Below, piece by piece: positions 18,709-27,063 of a stretch of DNA of 64,000 nucleotides. The notes under the pieces were generated by a model. That model saw only the letters and a program-made list of their open reading frames with translations, was not told the origin of the DNA and did not search any database. Position numbers and translations under genes: made by a program. Source of the stretch: an uncultured Chloroflexia bacterium (GTDB lineage Bacteria; Chloroflexota; Dehalococcoidia; DSTF01; JALHUB01); contig OY969814.1 in NCBI GenBank assembly GCA_963703345.1, positions 1,056,001 to 1,120,000 of the forward strand, given 5' to 3'. Each line of letters starts with the position of its first letter. Position 1 is the first letter of the stretch.

Positions 18709-20439
18709 CTAGGATCTCCCGCCCGACGGGGCGTCTGCCGGCATTCGGGTGACGAACGGGTTGACCCGCATGCGGCCCTTGCGGCCCGGCTGCGGGCAGT
18801 CGACGACCTGGCCGAGCCAGCTTCTCTCCGACGGGAATTGCTCAAAGCAGGCAGGGCAGCGCACCTTTGGCCCGTGCCCAAAGTCCGCCGCTGTCACAAT
18901 AATAGGCTCATACGCAATGCCCACCGGGTCGATGAAGTAAACGTTTCCACCCGCGTCGCCGCAGAACGTGAACGGAAGGCGCGGGTGGATAGCGACGCAA
19001 AACAGGGCACCGAGAAGTACCAGGGTCACCCGCTCCTTGCCCGTCGCCGCGTCCCAGATCTTCAGGGTCTCGTCCATGCTGGCCGAGACGGTGAAGGAGC
19101 CGTCTGGGCTAATCACGCAGGCGTTGACGTAACCGGTGTGGCCGCTGAGGGTCAGCCGCTCCCTGCCATTCGCCGCGTCCCAGATCTTGAGGGTCTTGTC
19201 GCTGCTCGCGGAGACGACGAAGGAGGAGTCAGCGCTTATCGCGCAGGCGGTGACCTCGTCGGTGTGGCCGGTGAGGGTCAGCCGCTCCTTGCCCGTCGCC
19301 GCGTCCCAGATCTTCAGGGTCTTGTCCATGCTGGCCGAGACGATGAAGGAGGAGTCGGGGCTGATCGCGCAGGCGAGGACGTGACCGGTGTGGCCGATGA
19401 GGGTCGGCAGCCCCTAGCCCGTCGCCGCGTCCCAGATCTTCAGGGTCTTGTCCATGCTGGCCGAGACGACGAAGGAGGAGTCGGGACTGATCGCGCAGGA
19501 GACCCCACCGGTGTGGCCGGTGAGGGTCAGCCGCTCCTTGCCCGTCGCCGCGTCCCAGATCTTCAGAGTTCCGTCGTGGCCCGCCGAGACGACGAAGGAG
19601 GAGTCGGGGCTGATCGCGCAGGCGCCGACCTGACCGGTGTGGCCGCTGAGGGTCGCCCGCTCCTTGCCCGTCGCCGCGTCCCAGATCTTCAGGGTCTCGT
19701 CCATGCTGGCCGAGACGACGAAGGAGGAGTCGGGGCTGATCGCGCAGGCCCAGACCTGACCGGTGTGGCCGCTGAGGGTCAGCCGCTCCTTGCCCGTCGC
19801 CGCGTCCCAGATCTTCAGGGTCTTGTCCAGGCTCGCCGAGACGGTGAAGGAGCCGTCTGGGCTAATCACGCAGGCGTTGACGTAACCGGTGTGGCCGCTG
19901 AGGGTCAGCCGCTTCTTGCCCGTCGTCGCGCCCCAGATCTTCAGGGTGTTGTCCCAGCTTCCGGAGACGACGAAGGAGCAGTCGGGGCTGATCGCGCAGG
20001 CGCTGACCCAATTGGTGTGGCCGGTGAGGGTCAGCCGCTCCCTGCCCTTCGCCGCGTCCCAGATCTTTAGGGTCTTGTCCCTGCTCGCGGAGACGACGAA
20101 GGAGGAGTCAGCGCTTATCGCGCAGGCGTCGACCGGAGCGGTGTGGCCGCTGAGGGTCGCCCGCTCCTTGCCCTTCGCCGCGTCCCAGATCTTCAGGGTT
20201 CCGTCGTGGCTCGCCGAGACGACGAAGGAGGAGTCGGGGCTGATCGCGCAGGCGTAGACCGGACCGGTGTGGCCGCTGAGGGTCAGCCGCTCCTTGCCCG
20301 TCGCCGCGTCCCAGATCTTCAGGGTCTTGTCCCAGCTCGCCGAGACGATGAAAGAGGAGTCGGGGCTGATCGCGCAGGCCAAGACACTACCGGTGTGGCC
20401 GGTGAGGGTCCAGGTTGGGAAAACACCACCGGTACTCAT
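18709..20439 (-). pseudogene. WD40-repeat protein (11 highly conserved repeats) with C-terminal Zn-ribbon; one in-frame TAG
   Basis: ORFs 19414-20439 and 18709-19329 are in the same frame, separated by TAG 19414-19416. AGGAGG RBS before ATG 20439. Tail CGDAGGNVYF...VRCPAC...CPQP. Confidence 0.88.
19027..20409 (-). repeat. Tandem array of eleven 126-bp coding repeats (one is 123 bp)
   Basis: Unit TL(S/T)GHTxxVxACAISPDSSFVVSASxDxTLKIWDAATGKERL; span 1383 bp = 11x126-3. Confidence 0.95.
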
Positions 20440-20611
20440 TGATCCCTCCTATCCCCAGGTGGGAACTTCCTCCGCGCCGACGGAAAGTCTTCAAGGAGAG
20501 AGACACGGTCCGAGGCGCGATGGAAAACTGTTGCCGCCCCTAGGCTCGGGCCAACGTTTGCCTAGCAGCCTGCTGGGGATCAGTTTCTGCCCGCCTGGAG
20601 GCTGCACGAGT

Positions 20612-20639
20612 ATTCTAGTCTTGATGGGGGACTTGTCAA
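20612..20639 (-). promoter_or_regulatory. Sigma70-type promoter for the WD40/DUF4062-NACHT operon
   Basis: Minus strand TTGACA-16 bp-TAGAAT, about 170 bp upstream of the WD40 start. Confidence 0.6.
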
Positions 20640-20993
20640 GTGAGAGAATATGCAGGCTGTGGAAACCGATTGCGCGAGATGGTGGGCGGAGGAAGCATTG
20701 GCTCGGTCTGCACGTAGACCTTGAGCAGTTAGAGGACGGGACCCACTATGTGCGCCCGTGGGCCGCCGGGGCGCTGGCATTAAGCACGCATGGTGTTACA
20801 GGCCGCTCAATCTAGGGCCTTAGATGGAGAGTACTCACGGATAGCCAGCTTGCCGTCAGCCACCCGTCACAACTGGCGCAATGCGGCGTAGCACTGCGCA
20901 GCCCCTGAGTTGGCGGCGCCGCTAATTAACCCAGCGTTCTGGACGCGCCGGTCGAGACTATTCGGCGATGTTCAGCCGTCAGCGGCGGAGGTG

Positions 20994-21206
20994 CTAGCCT
21001 TCCTCGTACTTGAACGAGAGCTTGATCCTCGCGCGGTAAAGGACCACCTTGTTCTTGTCGACAGTCATGTCGAGGTTCTCGACCTCCGCGATCCGTAGAT
21101 CGCGCAGAGTGCTGCTGGCCCGCTCGACCGCACTGCGGGCTGCCGCTTCCCACGACTCCGTGCTGGTTCCCACGAGTTCTATGATTTTGTAGGCACTCTC
21201 CGCCAT
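20994..21206 (-). CDS. Dodecin (flavin-binding protein)
   Basis: YKIIELVGTSTESWEAAARSAVERASSTLRDLRIAEV...YRARIKLSFK; GGAGGT RBS. Confidence 0.93.
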   Translation of the reverse strand: MAESAYKIIELVGTSTESWEAAARSAVERASSTLRDLRIAEVENLDMTVDKNKVVLYRARIKLSFKYEEG

Positions 21207-21244
21207 AACCGGCACCTCCGTGCGCTCTACTCAGATTCGCAATC

Positions 21245-21324
21245 GTACGCCCGCCGCAGCGCTGGAGCAACTGCGTCATGGGGATGGTACGCTCGCCGCA
21301 GCGCTGGAGCAACTGCGTCATGGG
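21245..21324. repeat. Two-copy 42-bp tandem duplication, intergenic
   Basis: GTACGC(C/T)CGCCGCAGCGCTGGAGCAACTGCGTCATGGG at 21245 and 21287. Confidence 0.85.
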
Positions 21325-21666
21325 ACGTTGTTGGTCAGTGATTCTGCCCAGGGCCCCCAGGTCGAATTGCCCAGCCTTCCTTGTTCCCAACGCGATGACC
21401 ATCTGCTTTCCGGGAAGATGCCCTGAAGATTCCTTGCCCCCCCGGTGCCGTCTTGCACTAGCGTGTAGGGAAGTCGGGCAGGCAGGCGACATCGGTAGGC
21501 TGGAGTCGCCCTGGCGTGTCGAGGGGGCTTGGTACGCAGACACCAATGGGTTCCCATCTCCCATCCGCGGTCTTCCAGATGTCGATAAGTCTTTAGTAAG
21601 CTTCATTGTCTGCGAAAGGCTGCCGATAATGACTAGTGGGATGCCCATAGAAGAGGCAAGTTCGCT

Positions 21667-23808
21667 ATGCCCGAGAATTGGGGCCAGCAGTCTTCCGGCG
21701 ATGTAGCACCTGCGCGCGGCCACGCGGATCTCGATGAGGTCCTGGGCTCCTCCATCAGGTTTGCCTGCGAGATCCTCAAGAGTGATGCGGCGACGATAGC
21801 TCTACTTGATGAGAAGGGCCTTCTCGGGTTCCGCAGCCAGCACGGCCTATCACTGCAGTTGGGGGAGGGCTGGCACCGCCATCCCGCGGAGAGCGTAATA
21901 GGCATCGTGTTCCGGACCGGCCGGCCACACGTCATCTCCGATCTACTTGCTGAGAGGGAGTACGCTGGGGGGCCACTGGCCCGCGAGAGGCTACGTAGCG
22001 TCATAATACTGCCGTTGAAGACTGGGGAGGCCGTGACGGGCTGCCTTTGCGTTGGAGACAGGAGGCCGGGCCATTTCTCACCAATCGATGTGCGGCTGGC
22101 AGGCCTCTTCGCCGATCAGGTGGCGATGTCGATTGAGAACGCCCGCCTGTACCAGGCAGAACGGCGGGAGCGCCAAACAACGGAAGCGCTGCTAGACGTG
22201 CTGACAACCGCCACCTCCAGTCTGAGTTTGAGGAAGGTAATGGCCAGTGTATGCGAGACGGTGATTAGCCTCAGCGTCGGCGAGCGCTGCAGCATCTTCC
22301 TGATGGACGCCGAACATCGCCGTTTGGAGCCCGTCATGTCTCTGGGCACTCGGGACGAGGAACTATGGCAGAAGTTCCTTCAACCGCCCGCCGGGGTGAG
22401 GCGTGACCCGGCAGAGCACCGCTTCTGGCAGGCCGCAGCCAACCAGGAAGGCCCCGTAGTCATCGAGGACGCGGAGAATTCACCGATTCTGCCTCGCTGG
22501 TGGGTGGAGACCTTCGCTCTGAAGTCACTCGTCCAGTACCCGCTGCGGGTCAAGGACAAGACGATCGGGGTGATGACGGTGGACACCTCCCGTAACCGGG
22601 TTAACTTCCCTCAGGAGGAAGTCGAGACGCTCGCTGCTGTCGCCAAACAGGCGGCGATCACAATTGAGAACGCTCAGTTATACGAGAGGCTGGAGGAGCA
22701 GGCAACCACCGATCCCTTGACTGGCCTCTGCAATCACCGACAGATTCATGAGCGGTTGGAGGAGGAGTTCGCGCGAGCCTCGCGCAGCGGCCGGCCGCTC
22801 GCTGTCATGATGCTGGACATGGACAACCTCAAATACTTCAACGACAGCTGTGGCCATCTTGTTGGTGATGAGGTACTTAGGTTCGTCGCCGGTCTTTTCG
22901 TCAAAACGCTGCGGATTTCCGACGTCCTCGGCCGGTACGGCGGGGACGAATTCCTGGCCGTGTTGCCGGAGACCGGCCGCGCGCTGGCAAAGCAGTTGGG
23001 GCAGCGCATAGTGTCCCTTCTTGCCGAACATCCATTCTCACCGGCCGACTCGGCGCAGCAGGTGCCCGTTGGAGTTAGCATCGGCGTAGCCTGCTACCCT
23101 GAGGATGGCGCCGAGGCTCGGAAGCTTCTAGCCCTCGCCGACGCAGCGCTTTACGAGGCGAAACGGTTGGGTGGGGGACGAGTCATATCGGCGCACAGCG
23201 ATATCAGGGAGCAGGAAGCGTCATCGGGCATGGGTTTTGGCTTCCTGCGGAGTTTGCTCAACGCTTTGGCGTACAAGGACCCATCCACGAGAAAGCACTG
23301 CGATGACAATGTCCGTTACGCAGACCGGCTGGCAGAGCAGTTACATCTCCCCGCGGAGGCCAAGGACTCACTGCGCAAAGCCGCTCTCCTGCACGATGTG
23401 GGGAAGATCGCGATACCCGATAGTACGCTCCTCAAGCCGGGACCTCTGGACAGTGGGGAGTGGGAGGTCATGCGCCAGCACGTGCAGTTCGGGGAGGCTA
23501 TCGTAAAAGGCATCGCCGAGATCTCTGACGCTATCGAGCCCGTGGCCACTCATCACGAACGTTACGACGGCGCCGGGTACCCGAAGGGGCTGAAAGGGGA
23601 GGAGATTCCTCTACTAGGACGGCTCCTGGCGGTAGTGGACGCCTATTCGGCGATGACCCTGGACCGTCCCTACCGCAAGGCGTTAAGCCACGAAGAGGCG
23701 AAGGAGGAACTGCGGAAAGGGTCGGGCAGCCAGTTCGACCCCGCGGTGGCGGAGGCGTTCCTAGCGGTAATCGAGGCAGAAGAGCAGGCGGGGGCAAAGG
23801 CAGCATGA
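21667..23808 (+). CDS. GAF-GAF-GGDEF-HD-GYP protein (diguanylate cyclase/phosphodiesterase)
   Basis: IENARLY and IENAQLY GAF ends, TDPLTGL, RYGGDEF, LLHDVGK, HHERYDGAGYP. Confidence 0.92.
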   Translation: MPENWGQQSSGDVAPARGHADLDEVLGSSIRFACEILKSDAATIALLDEKGLLGFRSQHGLSLQLGEGWHRHPAESVIGIVFRTGRPHVISDLLAEREYAGGPLARERLRSVIILPLKTGEAVTGCLCVGDRRPGHFSPIDVRLAGLFADQVAMSIENARLYQAERRERQTTEALLDVLTTATSSLSLRKVMASVCETVISLSVGERCSIFLMDAEHRRLEPVMSLGTRDEELWQKFLQPPAGVRRDPAEHRFWQAAANQEGPVVIEDAENSPILPRWWVETFALKSLVQYPLRVKDKTIGVMTVDTSRNRVNFPQEEVETLAAVAKQAAITIENAQLYERLEEQATTDPLTGLCNHRQIHERLEEEFARASRSGRPLAVMMLDMDNLKYFNDSCGHLVGDEVLRFVAGLFVKTLRISDVLGRYGGDEFLAVLPETGRALAKQLGQRIVSLLAEHPFSPADSAQQVPVGVSIGVACYPEDGAEARKLLALADAALYEAKRLGGGRVISAHSDIREQEASSGMGFGFLRSLLNALAYKDPSTRKHCDDNVRYADRLAEQLHLPAEAKDSLRKAALLHDVGKIAIPDSTLLKPGPLDSGEWEVMRQHVQFGEAIVKGIAEISDAIEPVATHHERYDGAGYPKGLKGEEIPLLGRLLAVVDAYSAMTLDRPYRKALSHEEAKEELRKGSGSQFDPAVAEAFLAVIEAEEQAGAKAA

Positions 23809-23890
23809 CGGGCTGTGAACTGCCAAGAAAGCCTATTGGCGTCCTTCAAAGCGTGCGCTGGGAGCGGCCTGTCTCCCTAACGAGAGAACG

Positions 23891-25705
23891 ATGCTCAAAG
23901 TGAGACCATCTCGAAATCAAGCCCTGCTAACGAGTGTGGCGTTGCTGGCGCTAGTAGTCAGCGTGGTAGCGCTCGCAGCCTGGCGTGACCAGCATGCTAA
24001 GGAAGCGGCCCGCTCGGTCGATCGCCACTCTGCAGTGGCTGCCGCCATGGACGATGCCCGCGTCCAGACCTCCCTCCTGGCCGCCCAGATTGCGTCCTCC
24101 ACGCTCTCAGGCAACGCGACCCCCATCGCAGACCTGTACCCTCAAGCCGCCGCGGCGATAGACGGAGATATGCAGGTGGCTGAAGCCGGGCTATCCGCCA
24201 TGGGCGAAATGGACGAATTCGCCGCACTGAACGCGGCGGATTCAGAGATGGAGCAGTTAACGCAAGATCCAGACGTGGTCGCCCTTGTCACGTCCCCGAA
24301 CAGTGGAGACAAGACGGAGTTGGGGCGGCAGTACTATTCACGGATCTGGCCCGGGGTCGAGAGTGTGATGGCCGAGCTGCAGCAACTTGCCAGCGGAGAG
24401 CGTGACAAACTGGCAGCCGAGCAAGCGACCGCGAGCCGCGTCTCGGACCACACATTCGGACTGTTGACCGGGCTTAGCCTGCTCGCCTTTCTCGGGGGAG
24501 CGGCGATGCTGATCAGGCTTGTCCCGCTGGTGGTGCGCCCCCTTTCTGTCCGGGACCGCAACAAGATGGCCAGCCAGCGCATCCGGGTGGAGCAGGCACT
24601 GAAGCGCCAGGCAGCCACGGACAGACTGACCGGACTTCGTAGCCACCGTTCTCTACACGAAGAGCTGGCCAAGGAGGTGGAACGCAGTCTGCGCTACGGT
24701 CGGCCCGTGACCATCATGATGATGGACATCGATGGATTCAGGCTCTTCAATGACACTTATGGTTACCAAGAGGGAGACCGCGTGTTGAAGCAGGTGGCGA
24801 AGGTGCTCGAACGCGAATTTGGATCCGTCGATATCGTCGGTCGCTATGGCGGTGATGAGTTCGTGGCTATCCTGCCAGAGACCGACCGTGACGAGGGTGT
24901 CGCGCGCGCGAACCGGCTCTTTGAAGCGCTCTCCCACGAACGTGTCCAGCCTCGCTTCGGGGAGAGCGTGCCTCTCGTGCTGAGCATGGGTATCGCCGTC
25001 TGTCCCGACGATAGCAGGCACCGGGAAGAATTGATCGCTTACGCAGACGCGTCGCTGACGGAGGCGAAGCAAGTCTCCGGAAACGCCCTGGTGGTCGGGC
25101 AACGGGAGCCAGGCGAAATCATCACCAGAGAACGCTCGCCGTTCGGGGTCCTTGATGCTCTCGTGAGGGCGGTCGACAGAAAGGATCGCTACACGCGTCG
25201 GCACTCGCAGCAGAACGCTGAGTTCGCTGTGGAGCTTGGGAAGGCGGTAGGGCTAACCGAGGGTGCCGTGAGCGCACTGCGTATCGCGGGCCTCCTGCAC
25301 GATGTCGGCAAGATCGGAGTCCCGGATGACATACTGAAGAAACCCGGCCCGCTATCTGACGAGGAACGGGCTCTGATGCGCGAGCATGTGGTGTTGAGCA
25401 ACCTTATCGTTCATGGTATCCCAAACCTGGAGGACGTGTCCGACGCGGTCTACTGCCACCACGAACGCTGGGACGGTACGGGCTATCCTCGGGGCTTGAA
25501 GGGGGCAGAGATACCTCTCCCAGGTCGCATAATGGCGCTTGTAGATGCATACTCGGCAATGATCCTCGATCGGCCGTACCGAAAGGCCCTAACGAATGAG
25601 GGAGCCACAGCAGAGTTGAGGCGCAACGCCGGCACCCAATTCGACCCAGAGCTTGTCGAGCCCTTCATCCAACTACTGGAATCCAGCGAAGCGGCGGCCG
25701 CCTAG
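23891..25705 (+). CDS. Membrane-anchored sensor GGDEF-HD-GYP protein
   Basis: Two hydrophobic segments around a helical sensor domain, TDRLTGL, RYGGDEF, LLHDVGK, HHERWDGTGYP. Confidence 0.92.
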   Translation: MLKVRPSRNQALLTSVALLALVVSVVALAAWRDQHAKEAARSVDRHSAVAAAMDDARVQTSLLAAQIASSTLSGNATPIADLYPQAAAAIDGDMQVAEAGLSAMGEMDEFAALNAADSEMEQLTQDPDVVALVTSPNSGDKTELGRQYYSRIWPGVESVMAELQQLASGERDKLAAEQATASRVSDHTFGLLTGLSLLAFLGGAAMLIRLVPLVVRPLSVRDRNKMASQRIRVEQALKRQAATDRLTGLRSHRSLHEELAKEVERSLRYGRPVTIMMMDIDGFRLFNDTYGYQEGDRVLKQVAKVLEREFGSVDIVGRYGGDEFVAILPETDRDEGVARANRLFEALSHERVQPRFGESVPLVLSMGIAVCPDDSRHREELIAYADASLTEAKQVSGNALVVGQREPGEIITRERSPFGVLDALVRAVDRKDRYTRRHSQQNAEFAVELGKAVGLTEGAVSALRIAGLLHDVGKIGVPDDILKKPGPLSDEERALMREHVVLSNLIVHGIPNLEDVSDAVYCHHERWDGTGYPRGLKGAEIPLPGRIMALVDAYSAMILDRPYRKALTNEGATAELRRNAGTQFDPELVEPFIQLLESSEAAAA

Positions 25706-25756
25706 GTTATCCTCGGCGCGTGGAAGACATCTCGCGTCGAAATGAGATTCGAAAAC

Positions 25757-25800
25757 TGGAGGAAGTGAGGGGTTCGAACCCTCGACTCCCGGATTCGCTG
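25757..25800 (-). pseudogene. tRNA-like 3' half (isotype uncertain, possibly Arg)
   Basis: Minus strand CAGCGAATCCGGGAGTC-GAGGG-TTCGAAC-CCCTC-ACTTCCTCCA: perfect T-arm and CCA end, acceptor strand 1 nt short, no 5' half. Confidence 0.6.
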
Positions 25801-25895
25801 CCTCTCGGTCACTCGTTGAGCCTGCCGCATCACCATGGGGACATGGTGCCTCAAGGCTGGCCCATATGCCCTGCAGGGGATGAAGGGGGACGGAG

Positions 25896-25954
25896 GATTT
25901 CGAAATCGGACGGTTTGGTGCCCCCAAATGTCGCCATTTCGAAAATCGTGACGG
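25896..25954 (+). repeat. Dispersed att-like motif, copy 3
   Basis: GATTTCGAAATCGGACGGTTTGGTGCCCCCAAATGTCGCCATTTCGAAAATCGTGACGG; right half near-identical to copy 2. Confidence 0.7.
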
Positions 25955-26027
25955 CTCGGCCCGTAGAATCACGACCATATTCGCTTATTGTGCGCGGAAG
26001 TCAAGTCGAGAAGGGCCGGTACGAGAG

Positions 26028-26816
26028 TTAATCGAAGCTCCAGACTTCGAGAGAGTACGAGACATGTCGCATCAGCTCCTCTTCCATGTTGCCGTAGTGG
26101 TGCCTATACCATTGTTCGAACTCCGCGAGGCACTCCTGGAACAGATCATCGGGGATCTCCCACGTCCACGAGTGGCTGCGGCTGCGAATTCGTTCCAGAT
26201 TCTGTTCCGGCGTCCGACGAACCTCCCCCTCGGCGAAGGTTACCACCCGGCATGACCCTCCAAGGGCACGCAGTGCACTATGGATCTCGTCAGCACTGGG
26301 TCTGGCGCGTGGAGCTAAGTTTCGGGCCGCCATTAGCTCCCTCCACTTGGCCGAGCCCACGCTCCACTCCCCCGACGTCTGTGATCTCGTGTTGTCGCCG
26401 ATTAGAACGCCGCCCGGCGCCACCACCCGGCGCAATTCCTCCAGCGCCGTCTGCCAGGGGGATACGAGGTGCAACACATGAATGACCAGCACGGCTCGGA
26501 AGGATGCTGAGACAAGCGGCAGCCGGGTCGCGTCGCCCATCATCAGGTCTGGCGGCGTGTGCTGTGGCCCAAGCTGTTCTCGCAGCCGCGCAAGCATGCG
26601 GGGAGCAATGTCGACGCCCAAGACCCTGACGCCGCGCTCGGCCAGGGGGCGAGCAATCCGCCCTGTGCCGACGCCCACCTCAAGGATGCTATCAGCGCCC
26701 ACGGCTGCAATCTCGGAGAGAAGGGCATCCGTGAGTTTCTGAGCTACATCTTCGGGCAGGGCTCGCGTCACGTCATAGGTGTCCGCGGCGCGGTCGAAGC
26801 TGATGCTTCCCATCAT
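26028..26816 (-). CDS. Class I SAM-dependent methyltransferase
   Basis: SFDRAADTYD, ILEVGVGTGR (motif I), GDATRLP, LRRVVAPGG. Start chosen at MMGS. Confidence 0.88.
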   Translation of the reverse strand: MMGSISFDRAADTYDVTRALPEDVAQKLTDALLSEIAAVGADSILEVGVGTGRIARPLAERGVRVLGVDIAPRMLARLREQLGPQHTPPDLMMGDATRLPLVSASFRAVLVIHVLHLVSPWQTALEELRRVVAPGGVLIGDNTRSQTSGEWSVGSAKWRELMAARNLAPRARPSADEIHSALRALGGSCRVVTFAEGEVRRTPEQNLERIRSRSHSWTWEIPDDLFQECLAEFEQWYRHHYGNMEEELMRHVSYSLEVWSFD

Positions 26817-27063
26817 GATCTGATTCATCATGGCACAGTTCGCCAATGGCTTCCACCTTGGAGCCCCCGGGCGTGTGTGCGCTAACGATGATCGCACACG
26901 ATGATGCATTAGTGTGCGAGGAAGTCAAGCGGTCGGCGGCGCAGTGCGCTCTCATAGCGGAGCCCGATCCTTGCCCATGAGTCAGCGCCGGAGAGGGAAG
27001 TCTTGCTTAGCCGAGAGTAGCCTCAGGGGTTACTGGTCGGTGGTGTCTGCCCAAGTTGTAGAC

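Noticed and set aside
18493-19416. Genetic-code reassignment of TAG (pyrrolysine or Gln)
   Set aside because: Many intact genes here end in TAG, no pyl genes are visible, and one TAG replaces a conserved Trp by a single substitution.
18838-20070. 410-aa repetitive plus-strand ORF
   Set aside because: Antisense reading of the WD40 array.
19027-20409. Repeat array as CRISPR or a diversity-generating retroelement
   Set aside because: Repeats are contiguous, in-frame and coding. No spacers, cas genes or reverse transcriptase are present.
21245-21324. Mini-CRISPR
   Set aside because: Only two units with about 4 bp between them and no cas genes.
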